Virus record (IMG/VR): IMGVR_UViG_3300049988_000286
Coordinates: 320,001 to 384,000 of that record
DNA length: 64,000 bases
Strand: one strand, 5' to 3'
Source: a virus
Lineage: Duplodnaviria; Caudoviricetes
This document shows, piece after piece, positions 1-7,949 of the stretch; the first letter of the stretch is position 1, and each line of letters begins with the position of its first letter. Both the position numbers and the translations under genes were made by a program. The notes beneath the pieces were generated by a model. That model had not been told where the DNA came from and ran no database searches. It worked only from the letters and a program-made list of their open reading frames with translations.

Positions 1-226
1 ACGACGGAATCCGGTAGGTGTCGTCCTCATCCACTGTGGGGAATAGTGGGGTATAGTAGATACCATACCCCTGTTCATTCTGGACAGGGTTGGCGACCAC
101 GGGCTTGGTGACGATCAGGTGAGTATCGCTACGGCCGATATACCGAGCAATAACAGTCTCACCAGTGATGATGCGGAATGATACCGGAGAATTGGCCGCG
201 ATGGGGGGTTTGATGATTGGAGTCAT
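1..226 (-). CDS. Small beta-rich protein, Sm/LSm-like (partial, runs off window start)
   Basis: Manual translation from ATG 226: MTPIIKPPIAANSPVSFRIITGETVIARYIGRSDTHLIVTKPV...; the 'ITGETVIA...LIVTKP' pattern is typical of phage Sm-like proteins. Confidence 0.5.
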   Translation of the reverse strand, partial: MTPIIKPPIAANSPVSFRIITGETVIARYIGRSDTHLIVTKPVVANPVQNEQGYGIYYTPLFPTVDEDDTYRIPS

Positions 227-329
227 GCATCGGTTATGTCACGCCTACTTTCCTTCCCGCAATATTTGCGAGCATGGCACGGCAATTCCTGTGTTGAACA
301 ACACAAGCCTTTACTGTAGATTGATCGAT

Positions 330-935
330 ATGTCGATTTATCAACGCTCCATTCGAGCCTTCGTGTGGCTCCTCCTTCGAGCCATGTACCGCGTCCGTGT
401 AATCGGGGGCTCCTCCATCCCAGAACAGGGTGGTGCGCTTCTCACGCCCAATCATGTCAGCTACATCGATGCAGTGCTGATCGCCGCGCACGTCAAGCGG
501 CCGATCCGCTACGCGATGTATCATCGGCTGTATAATCGTTTCCGTTGGATCGTGGAGCCGATGGGTGCTTTCCCGATCGCGGGTAAGTCCGAGAACGCGC
601 ACGTGTATGAGAGCGCGATGACGCTCATTGCACAAACCCTCCGTGATGGGGGGCTCGTCTGCCTGTTCCCGGAGGGCAAGATCACCACGACGGGACTGGT
701 CGATGACTTCCGACCCGGCGTGTTGCGGATTGTTGCCGATACTCCGGTGCCGGTCATCCCGGTCGGCCTCTGCAACCTCTGGGGTAGCTATTTCTCGAAG
801 AAGAAGCCCGGCATCTTCAAGCTACCCGAGCACTTCATGGCGCGGGTCACGATGAAGGTCGGTGAGCCAATCGCGCCCCGTGATCTCACACTCACTGCTC
901 TACGCGAGCGTATCCTTGCTCTAACTGTGGGCTAG
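330..935 (+). CDS. plsC: 1-acyl-sn-glycerol-3-phosphate acyltransferase (PlsC/LPLAT family)
   Basis: NHVSYID (HX4D) and FPEG motifs; start set at ATG 330 because the longer ORF overlaps the divergent gene. Confidence 0.85.
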   Translation: MSIYQRSIRAFVWLLLRAMYRVRVIGGSSIPEQGGALLTPNHVSYIDAVLIAAHVKRPIRYAMYHRLYNRFRWIVEPMGAFPIAGKSENAHVYESAMTLIAQTLRDGGLVCLFPEGKITTTGLVDDFRPGVLRIVADTPVPVIPVGLCNLWGSYFSKKKPGIFKLPEHFMARVTMKVGEPIAPRDLTLTALRERILALTVG

Positions 936-1136
936 ATAGAAGAGGAGGGCGTCGCCCTCACTGATGAACGACACCGCGTTGATCTTGCCCGCCGATGCGG
1001 ATGCAAGCGTGATGTGGAATCGGCCCGCGCAGTTATCGGCAAGCCACTTGCGCATCACCTCTGCGCGATCTGAATCGTCGCCCACCCAACTCAACCAACT
1101 GCTGTTGACCACAACGGTCCACGTGGCTTTGAACAT
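921..1136 (-). CDS. Small hypothetical protein, family B (C-terminal F..E.DALLF.L)
   Basis: MFKATWTV...WLADNC...SFISEGDALLFYLAHS; paralog of 27104 and 33275. Confidence 0.6.
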   Translation of the reverse strand: MFKATWTVVVNSSWLSWVGDDSDRAEVMRKWLADNCAGRFHITLASASAGKINAVSFISEGDALLFYLAHS

Positions 1137-1204
1137 ACAGCCGCCGCGCCGAGTGCGGACCGTCTGTGACCAATATTCCGAAGTGCGCAAAGGAGGATCG
1201 AAGG

Positions 1205-1480
1205 TCACATGAAATGTCCCAAGCTGCGTTCCATGTCGCGGAGAAAGGCATGCGCGTTGGTGAGATCGTCGGGTAGCACCGTCGCCCACGACACTTCTAC
1301 ACGTCCCCAACGACGATGACTATGAAGTGGACGAAAGGCGTATCCTCCAAGCACGCGCTGCTCATGCGGGGCGGGCTTTGTCCACTGATATGAGGTGAGT
1401 TGCGCACCAAGACCGGGGGAGAAATGGTACAGTTCTCCCGACAACCAGTAGAAGCGACCGTCACAGGTGGGCGTTGCCAT
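1205..1480 (-). CDS. Hypothetical protein
   Basis: Member of minus-strand operon; start probably MATPTCDG. Confidence 0.5.
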   Translation of the reverse strand: MATPTCDGRFYWLSGELYHFSPGLGAQLTSYQWTKPAPHEQRVLGGYAFRPLHSHRRWGRVEVSWATVLPDDLTNAHAFLRDMERSLGHFM

Positions 1481-1521
1481 CCCGTGACCGCTGCCGAAAA
1501 TCCAATGGTCAAGAGCGACGA

Positions 1522-1824
1522 TCACAGCCGCGCCTGATTGTGGAACCCATCGCCGCAAATGCACATCGTCAGCATGGTGTCGAAGTCCTGCTGGAAGCCC
1601 GGCTTCATTATTTCCATATCGGCAAAGCTGCTCTCGCGATAGTCGCGATCTGACTTCTTCTTCCGGATCAGCTTCTCGACATCCTCGCCCACTGCGTGCA
1701 GCTTGAACCGAAGACTATGTGCGCGCGGCCCCCAGAACGAGACCGCGCGGCCATGATAATCAGTTACGCCCCACACCTTGTCGCTGGTGCCTACGTGGTT
1801 CCAGAGGATGATGGTCTCGATCAC
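1522..1824 (-). CDS. WGR-domain-like protein
   Basis: SDKVWGV...SFWGPR pattern resembles WGR domain. Confidence 0.5.
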   Translation of the reverse strand: MIETIILWNHVGTSDKVWGVTDYHGRAVSFWGPRAHSLRFKLHAVGEDVEKLIRKKKSDRDYRESSFADMEIMKPGFQQDFDTMLTMCICGDGFHNQARL

Positions 1825-2090
1825 TGATACACCCGTGCGCGCAGATACGCGAAACGATCGTCCTGCGTCGCGAAGACGAGGTAGAAGCGCGAGCCATCAA
1901 AGTGGCGCAGATGCGGGCGATCGAAGCCTCGTTCCATCGCGATGTGATTGGCATCGAGAAGCGCATCAGCGACTTCGTGCTTGGTCGTGATGGCGGGGCC
2001 AAGATCGTGAACCCGACCGGCCCAAGACGGGCCGATAAGGCGCGCGCGCTTCATGGCGCGGATGAGCGCGTCGATGATCTGGTCCTTCAT
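1821..2090 (-). CDS. Hypothetical protein
   Basis: 4-nt overlaps with neighbours. Confidence 0.6.
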   Translation of the reverse strand: MKDQIIDALIRAMKRARLIGPSWAGRVHDLGPAITTKHEVADALLDANHIAMERGFDRPHLRHFDGSRFYLVFATQDDRFAYLRARVYQ

Positions 2091-2416
2091 GCCGCCAGCC
2101 TCCGCAGATGGGCGACGAGATACATGTATTCACCGTGGTGGCGGATCATCTCGCCATCCCGGACCATCGTCGTGGGATTGCTGACGCGCAGATGGCTCTC
2201 GGGATGATCGCCCACGATATCCTGCGCCTTCCGCGTAACCTGAAAGTCGAGCCCGTTATGGTTGCTGTCGAGACGCACCCAATCGTCCTCATAGGTGCGT
2301 CCACCGAAGCGGTTCGGCTCCCCACCGAGACGATCGAGCACCTGCTCCGCCAAGGCGACGAACTCGGGACCGCCCATGCGATCCTCCATCGTTGGCTGAC
2401 AATCGATCATCCGCAT
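2087..2416 (-). CDS. Hypothetical protein
   Basis: SD (GGAGA) upstream; first gene of operon. Confidence 0.65.
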   Translation of the reverse strand: MRMIDCQPTMEDRMGGPEFVALAEQVLDRLGGEPNRFGGRTYEDDWVRLDSNHNGLDFQVTRKAQDIVGDHPESHLRVSNPTTMVRDGEMIRHHGEYMYLVAHLRRLAA

Positions 2417-2505
2417 GGCTTTCTCCTTGTCGCGAACTATAGCACAACACGATCTTGATGCAAGATCAATAATGCCGCCGTGACGGTTGCGCGGTATAAC
2501 GCTGT

Positions 2506-2724
2506 ATGACTATCGAACCCGACACAATCACCCGCCTCTGGACCGCGCTTGCCCATGGCGATGATGATCACCGCGAATGGCTCCGGGAAGCCATTGAGGC
2601 TTTCTTCACCGATCAGCCCATCCCTGCCCCCTACGGATCAGGTAATAAAGAGCGGCTGATTCATGACTTGCAGGATGAGATCATCACCCTGCGCAAAGAG
2701 ATCATGTTGCTGACGGAGCGCTGA
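2506..2724 (+). CDS. Hypothetical protein (C-terminal coiled coil)
   Basis: ORF track; divergent from 2416. Confidence 0.55.
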   Translation: MTIEPDTITRLWTALAHGDDDHREWLREAIEAFFTDQPIPAPYGSGNKERLIHDLQDEIITLRKEIMLLTER

Positions 2725-2727
2725 ATA

Positions 2728-3156
2728 TTAACTTTGCCGTCGAAAGCTACGACGCCCCACGTCTGTTGTTAGATCGAATTTGGTATAAAGCGCCCACCTT
2801 GGTAGCCAGCGACAGAACCGCCACCAATGATCTTTACTCGTGAAGTAGGTGGCGCGTAAATGCAGTCTCAACCCGAATTTCATTTCGTGTTGGTTGAAGG
2901 TGTTGTCAAATATGCCCACCGTAATGATCGGCGAAACCGGTACGATCCAGAGGACCATAAGCCTTAAACGACATTCATAGATGAACGTCAAATTCTTATG
3001 CATGTCAATAAGGTCGATGTAAGGCGGCGATCCATTTTTGTTGAAGGTCAGCCCAAAGGGGCGAGGCGAACGGAGCGCTACTAATGTCGCGAGCAGCGTA
3101 GCAATAACAGCGGCAATCCGCACAGCAAGGTCGATGGTCATATAGCAAATATACAC
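2728..3156 (-). CDS. Hypothetical protein, N-terminal hydrophobic segment, lower GC
   Basis: ORF track; AT-richer than flanks. Confidence 0.45.
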   Translation of the reverse strand: MYICYMTIDLAVRIAAVIATLLATLVALRSPRPFGLTFNKNGSPPYIDLIDMHKNLTFIYECRLRLMVLWIVPVSPIITVGIFDNTFNQHEMKFGLRLHLRATYFTSKDHWWRFCRWLPRWALYTKFDLTTDVGRRSFRRQS

Positions 3157-3201
3157 CCATCGAGGAAGATGGACACCATCTATTTTTTTCCTAAATAGAA
3201 G

Positions 3202-4215
3202 ATGACGAACTGTCCTTTTTGTAAAGTCGAGTTGGTGTCAAATACCAGACACATCTATACATGTGTGGTCAATCCATACCAAGATGACCGTGGCAAAACG
3301 AAGAAAGCTTTCATCGATCATAACTATGGACCGATCACCTACGAGGCGTTTCGCGATCTCTACGTAGAACAAGGATGGTCGCTGCCCGACTTCCAGCGAG
3401 AACTTGGCTTTCCTTTCTCCACTACCCAGTGGCTTTGTGAACATTTTGCGATCCCGCGCCGTTCTATAAAACAGGCGGTCGGAGGGGCACGTAGGAAAGC
3501 AAAACAGACCAACCTTGAACGCTACGGTGTAGAGAACCCCTCACAGGCGGAAGAGATCAAAGAGAAGAAAGCTGCTACGTTTTTGCGCAATTACGGTGCA
3601 TCAAACATATTCGCTACAGCAGAGTTCAAAGAGAAACACGCAGAGACTATGCTTGCGCGTTACGGGAAGGGAAGCTTGTCAAATCGTTTCGGGGGGCTAA
3701 ACCGGTGGTGGGACGATCAAACAGAGGAATATCGATCCGCAACGGGAGCGCGGCTTGGTCATGCTACTAAACAGTTGTGGAGCAGACTATCCGAATGTGA
3801 AAAGCAAGAGATCGTACGTAAAAGGCTCGCGGCTCTCCGCGCAAATGGTAAACCTCGGGCGCACTATGCGTCCAAGCTAGAAGATAGCTTTGGCGAGCTT
3901 TTAGAAGCTGCTAGTATCGTCCACTCTCGGCAGTACTGGTTCAAGCAACGCTCGTTCGATTTCCGGATAGACGGAACGAACATCTTGATAGAAGTTCAAG
4001 GCGACTACTGGCACGCCAATCCAGAATTTTACGCGGAGGAAGACATCATCCCGAGCATGTCACTCACCGCTAGGGAGGTCTGGGACCGCGACGACGCTAA
4101 AAGAAAGCTTGCAGAAGAAGCTGGGTTTCAAGTGCACCATGTCTGGGAAACGGAGATCAAAAAACACCCAGTCGAAACACTGCTGCGGGTGATCAAGCTA
4201 ATTGATTTGGCGTGA
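3202..4215 (+). CDS. Putative homing endonuclease (ERYGVENPSQ repeats + Vsr/DUF559-like PD-(D/E)xK domain)
   Basis: KQTNLERYGVENPSQ repeats; C-terminal FDF...IEVQGDYWH...RD..K...GF..H.VWE; TAAATA-N4-ATG upstream. Confidence 0.8.
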   Translation: MTNCPFCKVELVSNTRHIYTCVVNPYQDDRGKTKKAFIDHNYGPITYEAFRDLYVEQGWSLPDFQRELGFPFSTTQWLCEHFAIPRRSIKQAVGGARRKAKQTNLERYGVENPSQAEEIKEKKAATFLRNYGASNIFATAEFKEKHAETMLARYGKGSLSNRFGGLNRWWDDQTEEYRSATGARLGHATKQLWSRLSECEKQEIVRKRLAALRANGKPRAHYASKLEDSFGELLEAASIVHSRQYWFKQRSFDFRIDGTNILIEVQGDYWHANPEFYAEEDIIPSMSLTAREVWDRDDAKRKLAEEAGFQVHHVWETEIKKHPVETLLRVIKLIDLA

Positions 4216-4756
4216 TCCTCTGCCCGAACATCCAATGCTGTGCAGCACCGACGTGGTTCCGCCTAACGAACTTGGCCAGCTTCGTCTGATATTCAAAGTA
4301 GCTGAATTCATCTGCAAGGCGCACGACATAGCCCTCTACAGTATCGTAGTCGGTCTTGTAATCGTACAGGTTCTGAATGGCCTTCTCATCCCAGATGCCA
4401 TCGTAGAGCACCGGCACCGGGGTAAGGCCAAGTAGGTCGAGCCATTCGATCGTATCATCCCATGACAGGCACATGTTCTTGTCGTTCCAGACGGAGAAAG
4501 CCATGAAGAACGATGGCAAGTCGTTATAGAAGATCGAATGCTTGGCATACATGTTTTCGCCGACCACGCGCCAAGCTGGCGGGATGTCACCACAGACGGA
4601 CGCCCAAATCGCCTTGGCTCGCCCCTGCGACGGGTGTGAGCGACCATCTACGCTGCGGGAATGGCACGTCTCGGGGGTGAAGGTGAAATTCTGGCCATCC
4701 ATCTTCTCCGTGGCGATAACACGCCTTCCCTTGAACGCGTCCAAGGACTTGATCAT
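4193..4756 (-). CDS. RNA ligase-family nucleotidyltransferase
   Basis: Motif I ATEKMDGQN, motif III GENMYA, motif IV EGYVVR, motif V AKFVR. Confidence 0.8.
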   Translation of the reverse strand: MIKSLDAFKGRRVIATEKMDGQNFTFTPETCHSRSVDGRSHPSQGRAKAIWASVCGDIPPAWRVVGENMYAKHSIFYNDLPSFFMAFSVWNDKNMCLSWDDTIEWLDLLGLTPVPVLYDGIWDEKAIQNLYDYKTDYDTVEGYVVRLADEFSYFEYQTKLAKFVRRNHVGAAQHWMFGQRITPNQLA

Positions 4757-5220
4757 CTTGTATAGAGCGGCAACACGCCACCCTTCTCCAAGATTTTCTG
4801 CACCGACTCATCGTAGAAGAGCGGTCCCTTCATTCGGGTGCCGTTCACCATAATGGGATCGCCCCACTTCGTATAGGCGACATCATCGTAGAAATACTCG
4901 GGAAGGATGATCTCCTTGATCCCCGCTGCCTCCCGCACCTCCTCGCACGACAGCACCGTGGACTCGCACTGGCGATGATGGTCCTCACAGACCGTCGCAC
5001 CGTTGTTGACGAAGTATCCACCAAACTCATGGTCGGCCGTAAAGAGGCGGCGCTCGATGATGTGATGAGCGTCCAGCTTCCCCTCCGGGGTCTGTTCGGC
5101 CGATCGTCCGCAGAAGACGCACTTCCCCGAGTCGCGGGCAAAGACTGCCTCGCGAAACTGATCCCGAGTTAAGAGAAGTTGCTTTTTCATGCAACGCATA
5201 TACCACGGATTTGTTCCCAA
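4753..5220 (-). CDS. HNH endonuclease
   Basis: VFARDSGKCVFCG...AHHII...NGATVCEDHH. Confidence 0.8.
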   Translation of the reverse strand: MGTNPWYMRCMKKQLLLTRDQFREAVFARDSGKCVFCGRSAEQTPEGKLDAHHIIERRLFTADHEFGGYFVNNGATVCEDHHRQCESTVLSCEEVREAAGIKEIILPEYFYDDVAYTKWGDPIMVNGTRMKGPLFYDESVQKILEKGGVLPLYTR

Positions 5221-5264
5221 TCAACTAAATAATTAGTGCAAAAAGTTGATGGTCTCGGACAGTA

Positions 5265-5915
5265 ATGGATTGGCTACTCCGCCTCGTAGTAGCCATCGGG
5301 CTCGCCTTCCAAGCCCCTTCCTCAACTATTGCTATCAGCCAGCCAAGTTCTCTGACGCATTTCAAGGCCGAACCCGAGGACCAATTCTTCATTAATCTCA
5401 CGGCTGTTCGCCATATCGTCTGCCCGGCTGTTGGCTCTGGCACCGGCGAGATCATCGACACCGATACGATCTTGACCGCGAATCATGTCACCAAGAATGC
5501 CGGAACGTGCATGGATGATGCAACCGGCGTAGCGGGCGAGGTCATCTACAGCAACGCTGATCTCGACATCTCGGTCATGCGGTTCCCGGCCGGAACCCTC
5601 CCGTCGAGCAAAATGAAGATCGATTGCTCCGGCTTCCGCAAGGGGCGGACCTATTACGCCATCGGGTGGCAGCGCGGCACCGACCTGATTGTCAACCGGG
5701 TGATCGGCACAGAGGAGTTCGGGATGCTGATCGACCGGAAGACCAATACGCTGTTCAACCGTGTCGCGCTCGTCAGGGGCAACATCATCCCCGGCATGTC
5801 GGGCGGACCGATCGTCGATGAACACGGCGTTCTCGTCGGCACCAATCAGGCGACGAACAAAGGCGGTATCGGGTGGTCGAGAGAACTCCGCGATACCTAC
5901 CTTTGCACCAAATAA
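5265..5915 (+). CDS. Trypsin-like serine protease with signal peptide
   Basis: TANHV (His), LDIS (Asp), PGMSGGP (Ser); hydrophobic N-terminus; TAAATA at 5226. Confidence 0.85.
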   Translation: MDWLLRLVVAIGLAFQAPSSTIAISQPSSLTHFKAEPEDQFFINLTAVRHIVCPAVGSGTGEIIDTDTILTANHVTKNAGTCMDDATGVAGEVIYSNADLDISVMRFPAGTLPSSKMKIDCSGFRKGRTYYAIGWQRGTDLIVNRVIGTEEFGMLIDRKTNTLFNRVALVRGNIIPGMSGGPIVDEHGVLVGTNQATNKGGIGWSRELRDTYLCTK

Positions 5916-6175
5916 TCGATCACACCACGGAAGCGTAACTCGAAGAAGGTGAAGTCCTCATCCGAGATGCGCGCCCAGCACCACGTACCGATAGTGTCGC
6001 GTGGCGGACCCGCCACGGCGGTTTCCTCAAGGGTCTGGTAGACCGATTGGATGGTTACGGGGTTATGACGTTCCTGAACTTTGGGAATAAAGAACCGCAG
6101 CGTGAGGTCAAGGCCACACGCCGCGCAGCCCTCAACAATAAGGGCGATCCGATCAAGGGGAAGGCTCAACTGCAC
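5897..6175 (-). CDS. Small hypothetical protein, family B-like
   Basis: Ends ISDEDFTFFELRF...; probable GTG start 6175. Confidence 0.5.
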   Translation of the reverse strand: MQLSLPLDRIALIVEGCAACGLDLTLRFFIPKVQERHNPVTIQSVYQTLEETAVAGPPRDTIGTWCWARISDEDFTFFELRFRGVIDYLVQR

Positions 6176-6507
6176 GCAAGAGTCACCATGGTGGCATCGT
6201 AAGCATCTAGGTCGGCATAGACACGGTACCGACATGGTTTGCCGTTACCTTCGTGATAGCGAAAGGTTGCTTGCTCCGTATCTGCCCAGCGGTAACGGAC
6301 ACCCCTATATCGATCGTCGTATTCATCGGGAGTGCCGTATATGGCTTCCACACGAAACGATACGGGTGAGGTGTTTTCGAGAACATAGCCAAAGCGTTCT
6401 TTGAAATTCTGCGGCTCCAGCGCCCATTGTTCATGCATCCAGCCGAGGATGGTTTCGTCATCGAGACGATCACCCTCGACAGTTACCTGATAGACCAACG
6501 CGCGCAT
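6166..6507 (-). CDS. Hypothetical protein, family B-like
   Basis: Ends DLDAYDATMVTLACS; in nrd operon. Confidence 0.55.
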   Translation of the reverse strand: MRALVYQVTVEGDRLDDETILGWMHEQWALEPQNFKERFGYVLENTSPVSFRVEAIYGTPDEYDDRYRGVRYRWADTEQATFRYHEGNGKPCRYRVYADLDAYDATMVTLACS

Positions 6508-6511
6508 CGAC

Positions 6512-6748
6512 TTATCGTGCCGCCATCCACTTTACGAGATCGTCGTAGCCGCCAATGTGGCGACCCTCGATGAAGATTTGAGGCACCGTGCGGGGAGGAG
6601 CGCCCGTCTCGTTTGTGACACGCTCGATCAGGGTCTCGCGCTCGTCAACAGCGCTGCGCTCCTCATAGGCCATGCCCTCCTTTGTCAGCAGCGCCTTTGC
6701 TCGATCGCAATACGGGCACGAGGGCTTCGAAAATACCTCAACTTTCAT
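6512..6748 (-). CDS. Glutaredoxin
   Basis: CPYC active site, TVPQIF, IGGYDDL; next to nrdAB. Confidence 0.95.
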   Translation of the reverse strand: MKVEVFSKPSCPYCDRAKALLTKEGMAYEERSAVDERETLIERVTNETGAPPRTVPQIFIEGRHIGGYDDLVKWMAAR

Positions 6749-6759
6749 AATTCATTCCT

Positions 6760-7875
6760 TTATAGATTGGGGAGTTCATCTAGTTCTACCTCGCTCGACA
6801 TAACGCCGATGACGTAATTACCCGATTCTGTTTCTTGCAAGGCCACCTGCTTCTTCGAGATATCGACATGCTTCTGGAACCACGGCAGCGGATTAGTCTT
6901 TGTCGGGTTCTCCAGATACTTGACCCCGATCGCTCCCAAGCGGGTCGTTGCCGTGTAATCGACGAAGTTCTTCAAAATCTCTGCATTGAGGCCGATCACG
7001 ACGCCGTGCTGGAAGAGGTAATCGGCCCACGCCTTCTCCTCTTCAATGACTTCGAGGTACATGCGATAGACTTCCGCCTCACACTCGACCTTGGCGCGAG
7101 CGAAGCGGGGATCATCCTTCACCACCTGCTTGATCAGGTAGGTGGTCCACTCCGTGTGGAGCAACTCGTCCTGCAAGATCAGCGAGATGATGTTGCCGTT
7201 GCCCATGAAGATGCCCTGCTCCATCCACGCAAGGCTGACTGCGAAGCTGGACAGGAAGCGGATGCACTCAAGAGCCAACGACGCATTGAGCGCCATCCAG
7301 ATCGCGTTGATGTGCTCCTGCTCATCTACCGGGATGTTCAACTCCTTGCGGATATTGAGGTTGTGCAGCCCATCGTAGTAGCGCCCCACCCCGGCTGCCA
7401 TCTCGACGATCGGTCCGATGTCGTGCATGGAGTCAAACTGCTCCTTGGGCATCTGGTAGACGTTGCGGATGATGTGGCTGTAGGAGTTGGAGTGGATGTT
7501 GGTCTCGAAGAACGACCAGTTACTCACAAGGGCTTCCAGTTCCGGAACGCTGCTCACAGGAGTGAAGATTTGCGAAGGCGCGCGCCCCTGTAGCGAATCA
7601 AGTGCCACCTGTCGCAAGATCGTCTGGGTGAAGATGAACTTGGTGGTGTCGTTGCTGTGCTTGAAGTCGATCTTGTCCTTGGTCAGGGTGATCTCCTCGG
7701 GCACCCAGAAGAAGCCACGAGCGATCTGCTCAAACTTCTGAATGCGCGGGTAGGCGACTTCCTCGAAGCGCTGGACCGTCACGGACCCGGCGGGATCGAG
7801 AAACATCTGCCGCTCGGTGTAGTTGGTAACCTTACTGTAATCGTATGCCATATGGTTCCTCAATAGTCCCACCAA
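6760..7875 (-). CDS. nrdB: Ribonucleotide reductase class Ia beta subunit
   Basis: Diiron ligands LDSLQG, ETNIHSNSY (Tyr radical), ECIRF, DELLH. Confidence 0.95.
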   Translation of the reverse strand: MVGLLRNHMAYDYSKVTNYTERQMFLDPAGSVTVQRFEEVAYPRIQKFEQIARGFFWVPEEITLTKDKIDFKHSNDTTKFIFTQTILRQVALDSLQGRAPSQIFTPVSSVPELEALVSNWSFFETNIHSNSYSHIIRNVYQMPKEQFDSMHDIGPIVEMAAGVGRYYDGLHNLNIRKELNIPVDEQEHINAIWMALNASLALECIRFLSSFAVSLAWMEQGIFMGNGNIISLILQDELLHTEWTTYLIKQVVKDDPRFARAKVECEAEVYRMYLEVIEEEKAWADYLFQHGVVIGLNAEILKNFVDYTATTRLGAIGVKYLENPTKTNPLPWFQKHVDISKKQVALQETESGNYVIGVMSSEVELDELPNL

Positions 7876-7949
7876 GATAACGGCGAGATGTTCCTTTCTG
7901 CAATATAGAGACGATGCCCCCGAAATTACTCGGGGGCATATTTAGTATT

